Below are positions 1 to 7,939 of a DNA stretch of 64,000 bases, in pieces. Source of the DNA: a virus; the IMG/VR virus record IMGVR_UViG_3300042503_000209, positions 1-64,000 of that record, one strand, 5' to 3'. Under the pieces are notes generated by a model, which was not told the DNA's origin, did no database searches, and worked only from the letters and a program-made list of their open reading frames with translations. The first letter of the stretch is position 1, and each line of letters starts with the position of its first letter. The position numbers were made by a program, and so were the translations under genes.

Positions 1-189
1 ACTACTAAGGAAGTAACCTTCAAGAACGGTATCAAGCGTACAGTATCCACACAAGCGTCAGACTTGAAGTTCGGATTCTTCGCAGTAGAAAATCCTAGTG
101 AACTAGGGTATGAGAAAGGCGAGAAAGTACCAGTAGTACTATCTGAGTCTTGCATTGACGGTAATCTATATTGGTGTAACCCAGAGTAA
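1..189 (+). CDS. hypothetical protein, 5'-truncated
   Basis: Frame +1 is open from base 1 to TAA at 187-189 (TTKEVTFKNG...YWCNPE); followed by hairpins. Confidence 0.6.
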   Translation, partial: TTKEVTFKNGIKRTVSTQASDLKFGFFAVENPSELGYEKGEKVPVVLSESCIDGNLYWCNPE

Positions 190-329
190 TCTGGGGTGAC
201 CATTGGTAGTACACGCAGCTTATCTTTATAGACGAGCTGTGTGTACGTTACCATGTACTCTACCGTTACTAACCACCGTATACTTCACCGTATACACTAT
301 CTATTCATCCATCACTAAATTTATTTCTT

Positions 330-482
330 ATGTTAAGATCTAAAACTCTTATGTTTCATACCTGGGAAGTATTCCGCAACTGGTATGCATACATGAAAAC
401 TAGCTTTAACAAGCTCAGACTTGTACTTGCTAGACTAGCACCAGGTTATAATTCCAAAGTGTTAGTAGTTATTACGTACTAA
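330..482 (+). CDS. small hypothetical protein (50 aa)
   Basis: Manual translation MLRSKTLMFHTWEVF...VVITY; below the ORF track cutoff. Confidence 0.4.
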   Translation: MLRSKTLMFHTWEVFRNWYAYMKTSFNKLRLVLARLAPGYNSKVLVVITY

Positions 483-602
483 CTGATTGATTATCAGAGA
501 GTTTGTGTGTGGTAGGAAACTGTCACACTACTTCTTTATATCTTCCTAACCTGCTATTTATACCAACCGTTAAGCGGATTAAATAGCTATAACTTATTAG
601 TC

Positions 603-821
603 ATGAAGTCTATCATTCTTATTACAACGTATTTAGCGTCATTTGTTCTGTTCTTCTTTATTATATCTAGTATTGGACTACTATGGTCTACACCAGCTGA
701 GATATATACAGACAAGACTTGGTTCATGGTTTACTCCTTATTCCTAGGTTGGTGGTTAGCCATCTTCCCAGCTCGTGAGTATTACATTAAGAACCATGAA
801 CACTTTGAACAAGTATTTTAG
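603..821 (+). CDS. small two-TM membrane protein
   Basis: 72 aa with two hydrophobic segments. Confidence 0.75.
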   Translation: MKSIILITTYLASFVLFFFIISSIGLLWSTPAEIYTDKTWFMVYSLFLGWWLAIFPAREYYIKNHEHFEQVF

Positions 822-824
822 AGA

Positions 825-899
825 GCTCATTTTTGAACCCTTCTGTATAGTAGTTATATAGTATTATATATTACTATACTAGGGGGCTCAAATATGAAC
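825..899. repeat. long imperfect inverted repeat (~35-bp arms, 4-nt loop)
   Basis: gctcatttttgaacccttctgtatagtagttatata-gtat-tatatattactatactagggggctcaaatatgaac. Confidence 0.8.
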
Positions 900-992
900 C
901 CATGAAACAGGAGTTTATCTGGTCTACTTCATTGATCAGAGGCTTTGTAGATAGAGGCATAAAATCTACAACTTACACTTTCTTATAAAGCA

Positions 993-1133
993 ATGCACAG
1001 ACAGAAACAAACTAGAATTCTCAAAGCAATTAGTAACATAGCCTTTATAGTGGGACTAGTTACTATAACATGTTTGCTGGTAATATGGTGGATCAAGTTC
1101 ATCAAGCACTTTCCAGTTATAGAAATGTATTAA
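993..1133 (+). CDS. small single-TM protein (46 aa)
   Basis: Manual translation MHRQKQTRILKAISNIAFIVGLVTITCLLVIWW... Confidence 0.55.
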   Translation: MHRQKQTRILKAISNIAFIVGLVTITCLLVIWWIKFIKHFPVIEMY

Positions 1134-1200
1134 AGATATGTATGGATGGTTAGCCCTGGAGATAACGTCAAAGGGGAACATCTATCAGACAATTGTCTAT

Positions 1201-1485
1201 ATGAATAAGACAAAATTCTTTCAAAAGTATGGTCATCTATTGGTACAAGTTAACAATGATGATCCACAAACTGGTGATTACATGCTGTACTACCCAGAAG
1301 AGAAGTACATTGCTAAGCAGTATTTAGACAATGGTTACATGGTTGCCTCAGTATATGAGGTAGAAGATGATGAAGATAATGTAGAGTTAGACAACGACAT
1401 TAGTGATTCACATCATAAAATAGGACTATTAATTTTATCAAAACCTCATCTAAACAACAATCCAAATGGAAAAAACTCTAATTAG
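1201..1485 (+). CDS. hypothetical protein
   Basis: ORF track 1138..1485; ATG at 1201 (MNKTKFF) is the likelier start. Confidence 0.65.
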   Translation: MNKTKFFQKYGHLLVQVNNDDPQTGDYMLYYPEEKYIAKQYLDNGYMVASVYEVEDDEDNVELDNDISDSHHKIGLLILSKPHLNNNPNGKNSN

Positions 1486-1630
1486 AAGTAAGACAGTTAC
1501 TCTAAAATTCATTCCAAACACAGTATTATTTGGTTTTAGCTATGACAAACCAGATTTGTTTGTAGCGTTTCTATGTTTTTTAATGGAATTCAACTTCCGT
1601 AAAGCAAAGAAAGGACCAAGCACCTTTTAA
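1466..1630 (+). CDS. small hypothetical protein (54 aa)
   Basis: Manual translation MEKTLIRSKTVTLKFIPN...GPSTF; overlaps the end of the upstream gene. Confidence 0.55.
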   Translation: MEKTLIRSKTVTLKFIPNTVLFGFSYDKPDLFVAFLCFLMEFNFRKAKKGPSTF

Positions 1631-1650
1631 GATTTTCATAAGGCAAGCAA

Positions 1651-1685
1651 GCTCCTGCGTTTCTACGTGGGGGCTCTATTTTCTT
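1651..1685 (+). terminator. probable intrinsic terminator
   Basis: gctcctgcgt-ttct-acgtgggggc stem followed by T-rich tail. Confidence 0.6.
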
Positions 1686-1704
1686 AACCACTAAATCAAT
1701 TACA

Positions 1705-1836
1705 TTGAAGAAGTTATTAATCATTAGCATTATTAGTATGCTAGGAACAAGTTGTGTAGTTTACAACCCTTACAAACCACATCCACCAAAACAATATAGA
1801 TGTGTAGTAGGTAAAGTAAACTATTGGCAACGCTAA
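1705..1836 (+). CDS. small lipoprotein (43 aa, TTG start)
   Basis: MKKLLIISIISMLGTS-C-VVYNPYKPHPPKQYRC...; SPII-type signal peptide and lipobox-like Cys. Confidence 0.6.
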   Translation: MKKLLIISIISMLGTSCVVYNPYKPHPPKQYRCVVGKVNYWQR

Positions 1837-1848
1837 AATAAAAATTAT

Positions 1849-2220
1849 ATGGTAAAAAAATTTTATCAAGAAGAAGATGGACGCTGGTATATAAATCTAC
1901 CAGAGTACATAGAATCAGGTATTGGAACAAAATCCAATCTTGAAATGGTAGCTGGTGCAGATACATTCTTATCTACATTAGCTCAAGGTGAAACATCAAT
2001 CACCCTTAAATTTACAGATGAAGACTTTGCTGGTAGTCATGTACAACTAGTCAGATCTTCAAATCATGGTTATACATCTGAATTAATAGATGATGTAGAA
2101 CTAGATGCAGGTGCATGGTATACAGTCAAAGACTACGATCATGATTTATGGTTGTGTCCTGTTGTATTGTATTTATTTAACAATACTTATCCAGAAAACA
2201 TATTTATTGAAATCCTTTAA
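1849..2220 (+). CDS. DUF6717-like hypothetical protein
   Basis: WYINLPEY..GTKSNLEMVAGADTFL and WLCPV motifs recalled from this Bacteroidota/phage family. Confidence 0.6.
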   Translation: MVKKFYQEEDGRWYINLPEYIESGIGTKSNLEMVAGADTFLSTLAQGETSITLKFTDEDFAGSHVQLVRSSNHGYTSELIDDVELDAGAWYTVKDYDHDLWLCPVVLYLFNNTYPENIFIEIL

Positions 2221-2230
2221 TCATTCAAAC

Positions 2231-2815
2231 ATGAAAGAATTTACTTTTACTAGCCCTCTTACTGGTGATGTTATACCATTAGCCGTAAGTTTAAGAAAGT
2301 ACAACAATGGTAGAACAGCCATTGAGTTATTAGAAATGGATCCTGCATACGGTTATTATCCGTATGCTACAGCAACAGTTAATGTACCAGAAGTATTATT
2401 AGCTGACAATGAAGTCTTAGTTAAAGACTATTCAGAGAACGAAGGTGTATTAGACTTCCTTATTAAGTACAATATAGTTACACCAACACCTAATGGCGTA
2501 CATTCAGGGTTTGTATGGTTACCAGTAGCCATTCTAAACGATGAATCTGTATGGGGTGATGTACCTAATGCATATTGTATGAACGAAGAGCCTGAATATG
2601 ATCGTAAACCTTTGGTTGCATCTTATGTTAATGTTGATAATGTAACCAGCACTCCAAATAGTAATGGTTGGATATCAATGAACAACTTAGATCCGGCACC
2701 AGATGAAATAGATACTAATACAGGTAAATCTATGTGGATTATTAAAGATTACAAGATATGGGCTAATAGCTATCAAGAAGCATTACAATTATTACCAATG
2801 ATTGAATCATTCTAA
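2231..2815 (+). CDS. DUF4313-like protein with extra C-terminal domain
   Basis: YNNGRTAIEL..PYATATVN..VKDYSENEG..SGFV motif; ATG at 2231 after an A/C-rich leader. Confidence 0.6.
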   Translation: MKEFTFTSPLTGDVIPLAVSLRKYNNGRTAIELLEMDPAYGYYPYATATVNVPEVLLADNEVLVKDYSENEGVLDFLIKYNIVTPTPNGVHSGFVWLPVAILNDESVWGDVPNAYCMNEEPEYDRKPLVASYVNVDNVTSTPNSNGWISMNNLDPAPDEIDTNTGKSMWIIKDYKIWANSYQEALQLLPMIESF

Positions 2816-2825
2816 ATCATAGCAT

Positions 2826-3056
2826 ATGAAGCCTATTAATAAATTTACAGTTGCTGTAATAGTGATCTTATTATTATGCATATCTGTATCTTATTATAAT
2901 GTATTAAAGCATTATCAAATACAAAATGTTAAATATGACTTTCCAGAAGAGTTTAATCCTGAGACTATTTCTCAGGATAGAACAAAACCAACAGAAATGA
3001 TGGTCATTTACGATACTGTTAGTAACAAGTACGTATTTGAATTCATGGATAAGTAA
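2826..3056 (+). CDS. single-TM hypothetical protein
   Basis: N-terminal hydrophobic segment. Confidence 0.7.
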   Translation: MKPINKFTVAVIVILLLCISVSYYNVLKHYQIQNVKYDFPEEFNPETISQDRTKPTEMMVIYDTVSNKYVFEFMDK

Positions 3057-3059
3057 TAT

Positions 3060-3316
3060 AAAGAAGGTGAGGGTAGCAATAGCTATCGTGGGCAAGCTCT
3101 TGTCCAAACCAATCGGACTTAGGATACTGATCAACCATGAGCTGCTGTAGTTGATGACGACTACCGTGACGGGGGTAATGAAAGCAGAAGCTTACAGTGA
3201 TTAACTTCACGTAAGATAAGTAGACGTTAGTAATTATACAATACCGAGACTATCAGCATAGCTGTTTAGAAGTAGGAAACTCCAATCATAATCAGTACGT
3301 CAAGCTGATTGTTTTT
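3060..3316 (+). ncRNA. candidate structured non-coding RNA
   Basis: Intergenic and GC-richer than flanks; hairpins ggtagc/gctatc, gggcaag/cttgtcc, cttac-gtga/tcac-gtaag; long-range gctgtagt/actatcagc; ends in an ataatcag/ctgattgt + T-run hairpin. Confidence 0.5.
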
Positions 3317-3344
3317 AAATTTTCATTCATAAACATAATCAATT

Positions 3345-3965
3345 ATGTCATTTAGAGATAGTAAATTCAACCACGCAGAAGATAATTTCCATTTAGCATT
3401 AGGAGTTACTTCTGAAATTAAAACTATATGCAGAGAACGTATATTCTTTGCATCACTTAGTAATGCTTTACAAGCAGATGAACTGTTTGATGATATGGAA
3501 GAAGCACCAAAAGAGTTTAAAACCGTAACAGGTGACTTACAAAGGTTAATATCTATGATTACAAATCCAATTGAGTATGATTATACTCTTCTTGTATTCA
3601 TGATGTACCAGCGTATGGCAAAAGAGGTGTATGTTCATTATAAAAATGCCAAAGAAGATCCAGTTGCTTCTCGTGAAGAGCAAATTAAAATGGAGATTAT
3701 TAAAGGTATAATGAAGCTTAAAGAAATGAAAGATCGTGAAGAATCTGGTGAAAGTAATACAGATGATGATGATGATAGTATTGAAGTATTAAGTAAAGAA
3801 AGTATTACAGAACGTATTAACTTGATTAAAAAGAGTGGATACAATTTTGATAAATATTTAAATCTTTTACGTAGTACAGATATTATTAGTTCACGTAATA
3901 AAAAGTCAGATTTTGATATAAGTGATCTTTTATCAGGATTATTTTCAAAAGATGATGATGACTAG
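3345..3965 (+). CDS. hypothetical acidic helical protein
   Basis: 206-aa ORF with A-rich leader. Confidence 0.8.
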   Translation: MSFRDSKFNHAEDNFHLALGVTSEIKTICRERIFFASLSNALQADELFDDMEEAPKEFKTVTGDLQRLISMITNPIEYDYTLLVFMMYQRMAKEVYVHYKNAKEDPVASREEQIKMEIIKGIMKLKEMKDREESGESNTDDDDDSIEVLSKESITERINLIKKSGYNFDKYLNLLRSTDIISSRNKKSDFDISDLLSGLFSKDDDD

Positions 3966-4054
3966 TTTTTCATAGAGGGTTAACAAGGTGTTAGAAGGAA
4001 GAGATTATGTCTCTCCCATTCTTTTTAACTTTCTAAAATTTAAGAACCACACTT

Positions 4055-4342
4055 ATGAAGTTTAATAATCCTCGTATACAAAAAGGTTTTGGTCAAGCTA
4101 CGAGTTTAGTAATGCGTGATCCTGAAATATCTTTACGAGACAAAGGTTTATATGCATATTTATGTACTTACGCTAATGCTACTAACAATGAATTAGTAGT
4201 AAGTGTACATAGAATGGCATCAGAATGTGGTATCACTACGTCAACTGTCAAACGTTCACTTGAATCTCTAGAAGAAAAAGGTGTAATAGCACGTATATAT
4301 CAAGGACCTAGAGTTACAAAGCTTACAGTTATATTAAAATAA
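4055..4342 (+). CDS. winged helix-turn-helix DNA-binding protein (HTH_36-like)
   Basis: DPEISLRDKGLYAYLC...SVHRMASECGITTSTVKRSLESLEEKGVI pattern. Confidence 0.8.
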   Translation: MKFNNPRIQKGFGQATSLVMRDPEISLRDKGLYAYLCTYANATNNELVVSVHRMASECGITTSTVKRSLESLEEKGVIARIYQGPRVTKLTVILK

Positions 4343-4344
4343 TA

Positions 4345-4867
4345 TGGGTCTCATTATAATTTCACATAAGAAGTCTAGCTTGCAAAACTAGAATGTATTA
4401 TTGGGAGTTAGAGACCCACCCTTCTTTAAGGCAAGTGGGACCTGTGCACATATATTAGGTGTAAATACACGCTAGTATATGAATAAGTCCTTGTCCCCAC
4501 GCCATGTTATTGAGAGCTATGTGATTATATAAAGATAGTACTAGTCGCTTAAACTAGCCCGCTTGACATATATGATGCATAGTTCTCATACCTTATTAAC
4601 TGATTACAGTAACATCATATAAGTCGTATGTGGCTTGGCCCAGCATTGGTCTGCTGTAATAGTTAATTAATTAAAGTCTGATCCCAGGAGCTAAATAGCG
4701 TATTAACTAAATTAGTCAGGGCAGTATCAAGTGAGCGGTTCCGTCACTCAGTAGTACGACATGATGATAGAGCTCCGTCAAACGAACAGTGGTCATACCT
4801 AGTAACAGTCGATCAGAACAGCACTAGACCCATAAGAACTATGGAACCCTGGGATAGACTTTTAATT
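4345..4867 (+). ncRNA. candidate large structured non-coding RNA (five consecutive domains)
   Basis: Stems 4345-52/4411-18, 4449-58/4472-81, 4511-22/4577-88, 4595-4610/4653-67 and 4669-88/4848-67; no ORF of 60 aa or more in the track. Confidence 0.6.
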
Positions 4868-4903
4868 CTGTATTTATTAATAATTCCATATAAATTCATT
4901 TAA

Positions 4904-5638
4904 ATGAAAGATTCTAAAGTAGTAGGAAAAATCTTCCAAACAAAAAACTATGATCAGTTTAAGTATAGAGCTGATAATAGACCTGTGGACGCATCAAACG
5001 TACACAAATTGGTTAAAAGCTTTGAAGTAATGGGACAAAAAATTCCAATCAAAGTAGACTCTAGTATGAATGTACTAGACGGGCAACATCGTTTAAAAGC
5101 ATGTGTGCAGTTAAAAATTCCAGTAATTTTCATCATTGATGATGAAGATATGACAACATCAGAAATTGCACAACTTCAAGCTACTACTAAAAAGTGGACA
5201 TATGAAGACTATGCACATAGTTTTGCTAATGATGAAAATTTGGTAGATTACAGATTGTATAACAACTTCTGTAGTGTATATTCAGAGTTTCCACATAGCA
5301 CTGCTATTCTTATGTTAGGTAATCAGCGTACAGCTGGTGGTAACGCAGACCAAGTCTTTAAATCAGGTAAATTTAAGATTAAAAGTTTTGCTAAAGCTAA
5401 GCATATTGCTGAAACTTTAAGAAAGATGTCTATTTATTACAAAAACTACAATCGTAAAGGTTTTGTATCATCTATTATTGTGATGATGAACCATAAAGAT
5501 TATAGCGAAGAAAGACTATTTAGAAAGCTTCCAAAGCGTTGTAAAGAAATTCATGACTTCAGTAAAACAGAAGATTATTTGGATACTTTACAAGATATCT
5601 ATAACTGGAAAGAAACTAAGAAAGTCTATTTTCATTAA
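4904..5638 (+). CDS. ParB/Srx N-terminal domain protein
   Basis: NRPVD...IPIKVD..NVLDGQHRLKAC motif. Confidence 0.8.
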   Translation: MKDSKVVGKIFQTKNYDQFKYRADNRPVDASNVHKLVKSFEVMGQKIPIKVDSSMNVLDGQHRLKACVQLKIPVIFIIDDEDMTTSEIAQLQATTKKWTYEDYAHSFANDENLVDYRLYNNFCSVYSEFPHSTAILMLGNQRTAGGNADQVFKSGKFKIKSFAKAKHIAETLRKMSIYYKNYNRKGFVSSIIVMMNHKDYSEERLFRKLPKRCKEIHDFSKTEDYLDTLQDIYNWKETKKVYFH

Positions 5639-5644
5639 AAATAT

Positions 5645-5852
5645 TACTAGATTGAAGTTTGGATGGTATAAACACCAATCGTCCACATATGTCCTCTTAG
5701 TATTGCACTGTAGAGAGCCATTGCTTAACTGGTCATCTAGTAGCAGTTGATGAAGTGCTAGGTCTGGAAGCTACTTATATATATCCTAGTAGCAAAAGCA
5801 GAATAATACAAAGGTAAATTTTTCCAGGTCTGAACCGTATATGTTAGTCAAC
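5645..5852 (+). ncRNA. candidate structured RNA (two domains)
   Basis: tactagat/atctagta (5645-52/5735-42), tggatg/cgtcca, ggtctggaag/tttccaggtc, gctact/agtagc, gttga/tcaac. Confidence 0.45.
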
Positions 5853-5857
5853 GAACC

Positions 5858-5891
5858 AAAAGTGGTGGGAGTAAAATCTCACCACTTTTTT
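5858..5891 (+). terminator. intrinsic terminator
   Basis: aaaagtggtggga-gtaaaa-tctcaccactttttt. Confidence 0.8.
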
Positions 5892-5903
5892 AAATTTAAA
5901 TCT

Positions 5904-6179
5904 ATGGATAAAGAATTGTTATTACTCTGTAGCTGTTACAGCCCAGAGCATCAAATTATTATACATTTAGATGAAGGTGGTGATTTATATCCACCAGAAG
6001 CATTTGTGCATGTACACTTAGTAAAACGATCCTTTTGGTATCGTGTTAAGTATGCAACAAAATATATATTTGGATTTAAATCCAGGTACGGTGCATGGGA
6101 CGAATTTATCCTAGATAAAACTCATGCAGAATCTCTTAGAAAAATAGCTAAACACTTAAATGATGAAACAGTATACTAA
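5904..6179 (+). CDS. hypothetical protein
   Basis: Start moved to ATG 5904 (MDKELLLLCSC), downstream of the terminator. Confidence 0.7.
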   Translation: MDKELLLLCSCYSPEHQIIIHLDEGGDLYPPEAFVHVHLVKRSFWYRVKYATKYIFGFKSRYGAWDEFILDKTHAESLRKIAKHLNDETVY

Positions 6180-6729
6180 ACTGCCTATACCTAAAGGTAC
6201 AGCATGGAAATACAAGAGGTTTAATAATAGATTCTTAAGAATCATACACTGGCGTATAAAAGATTTCTTTGATGGTATATGGAACATTATAAGATGGGCA
6301 CCAACTATCTATAAAGACAAAGATTGGGATGATTATTACATTACTAAGCTTCTACAAAAGAAGATAGAGCATCAACGTGCTTATTTAGTAGGTGCTAATA
6401 GACATACTAACGTAGATAGAGATAATTTCTGGATGACAGTAGTTCTTAATCTTATAGAACGAAAGCATGCTGATTATTATGATATGGAACGTTATGACTA
6501 TATAGTTCTTGGTAAAGATATATTTGGTGATGTAGAATCTGAAAACTTGAATGAATATATTGCAAAATATCCAGTAGCTAAACGTGCAGCTTTAAAAAAG
6601 TATCGTGAATATTCACGTTTAGATGATAAAGAAACTATATCTTTATACATGGGGCATATACGTCAACAAAAGTGTGATGATCTTATATTTGAGATACTTA
6701 AAAGACACTCTGCCGAATGGTGGGATTAA
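6160..6729 (+). CDS. conserved phage hypothetical protein
   Basis: WAPTIYKDKDWD...C-terminal WWD pattern seen in many phage proteins. Confidence 0.75.
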   Translation: MMKQYTKLPIPKGTAWKYKRFNNRFLRIIHWRIKDFFDGIWNIIRWAPTIYKDKDWDDYYITKLLQKKIEHQRAYLVGANRHTNVDRDNFWMTVVLNLIERKHADYYDMERYDYIVLGKDIFGDVESENLNEYIAKYPVAKRAALKKYREYSRLDDKETISLYMGHIRQQKCDDLIFEILKRHSAEWWD

Positions 6730-6739
6730 ATAACTTATT

Positions 6740-7285
6740 ATGACTGAAGAACAGTTTATTGAAATAAAAGCTGAATATTTTGAAAACATCAAAAAAATGC
6801 TTTTAGAACTAGGTAATATACAACCTACAGTTACAGTGATTGGTAATCACATAGAAGAGAATAAGCCAGCAATAGTACATATTCCTTTACCTGCAGAGCT
6901 AGCAAATTCAGATAATGGTAAACAAATGTTTGTAGATAAGATGATTCCAGATATATCTAAAAAAATACATGAAAAGTTTACTATAGATGCAGTTTGTTTT
7001 GCTTCTGAAGCATGGTTACGTACAGCTGATAAAGACGGATATAATCCTGAAACAGATAACTATAAGAAGTTACCTATATCAAAAGAGATATTAATTATAT
7101 CCATTGATGGTAAAGATGGTAGTAAATCTGATATTTATGAGATTAAAAGAGACGGTAAGTCTATTAACACTGATGGTGATTTAATAGATACAATTGAATT
7201 AGAACCACTTCCTGAATTAGGAGAAACTTATAACACTAATACAGGAAGATTTAGTAATCTTTACAAAAAATTTAGTAAACAGTAA
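6740..7285 (+). CDS. hypothetical protein
   Basis: 181-aa ORF with SEAW motif. Confidence 0.75.
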   Translation: MTEEQFIEIKAEYFENIKKMLLELGNIQPTVTVIGNHIEENKPAIVHIPLPAELANSDNGKQMFVDKMIPDISKKIHEKFTIDAVCFASEAWLRTADKDGYNPETDNYKKLPISKEILIISIDGKDGSKSDIYEIKRDGKSINTDGDLIDTIELEPLPELGETYNTNTGRFSNLYKKFSKQ

Positions 7286-7326
7286 TTTATAACCGAGAGT
7301 TTCAACTCTCACATTTTATATAGTAT

Positions 7327-7518
7327 ATGAGGAGCAATTGGTTCACATCATTATTTGGTAAATCTAGAATACAAGAATTAGAAGAACAAGTTGATGACTT
7401 AGAAAAAGAAGTTATTGATCTTAGATTAAAACTACACGAGAAACAAGAGCATATTGACAAAACTAATGCATATTGGAAGAAAAAAATGCATCAAAACAGC
7501 AAAAAAGATAAGTTATAG
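7327..7518 (+). CDS. small coiled-coil protein
   Basis: Heptad-rich 63-aa ORF. Confidence 0.7.
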   Translation: MRSNWFTSLFGKSRIQELEEQVDDLEKEVIDLRLKLHEKQEHIDKTNAYWKKKMHQNSKKDKL

Positions 7519-7548
7519 CTCTATTATCCGTAGAAAATAATAAAGGTA

Positions 7549-7579
7549 TTTGTAGATAGTTAGACATATGTTAGCTTTA
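7549..7579 (+). promoter_or_regulatory. Bacteroidota sigma-A type promoter (-33/-7)
   Basis: TTTG (7549-52), 19-nt spacer, TAGCTTTA (7572-79); one mismatch to TAnnTTTG. Confidence 0.5.
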
Positions 7580-7601
7580 TATGCACATAAAGCTTAAATA
7601 C

Positions 7602-7862
7602 ATGCTCTACCAGTTACCAAATGGAAAAGTAATTGAAATAAGTACTGAGCAGTATTTTGATATGACTGATGAAGAGTTAGAATATTTAATAGCTTATAAC
7701 TACGGTGAAACATTAGAAGATCCATGGTTTGGCTCAATACTAAGTAAAGGAGATAATTCTAAAGCAGAAGAAATACAAGATACTATTATAGAACTTACTG
7801 ATATCCCAGTTTCTGAAAAACTGAGTGATCCAGACATTGACTTTCAAATAGAAGAAGATTAA
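7602..7862 (+). CDS. acidic hypothetical protein
   Basis: MLYQLPNGKVIEIS...; likely start 7602. Confidence 0.75.
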   Translation: MLYQLPNGKVIEISTEQYFDMTDEELEYLIAYNYGETLEDPWFGSILSKGDNSKAEEIQDTIIELTDIPVSEKLSDPDIDFQIEED

Positions 7863-7885
7863 ACTTAGTCTTACAATTTTAACTC

Positions 7886-7913
7886 AAGCCTTAGCTAAAG
7901 CTAGGGCTTTTTT
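7886..7913 (+). terminator. intrinsic terminator
   Basis: aagccttagc-taaa-gctagggctttttt. Confidence 0.8.
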
Positions 7914-7939
7914 ATTTATAATTTATAACAATTATCAAG

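Noticed and set aside
3963-3995. Antisense minigene ATG-AAA-AAC-TAG and a similar tttcata motif at 1634
   Set aside because: Only two loose instances of a short AT-rich word, with no supporting promoter.
4755-4795. Hammerhead-like core (tgatga...cgaa)
   Set aside because: Lacks the exact CUGANGA/GAAA core and the required three-stem arrangement.
1733-5750. Track ORFs 1733..1966(-), 2904..3134(-), 3638..3844(-), 4954..5136(-) and 5553..5750(+), and the 5' extensions at 2105 and 5841
   Set aside because: They overlap better-supported genes or run through terminators and structured RNA.
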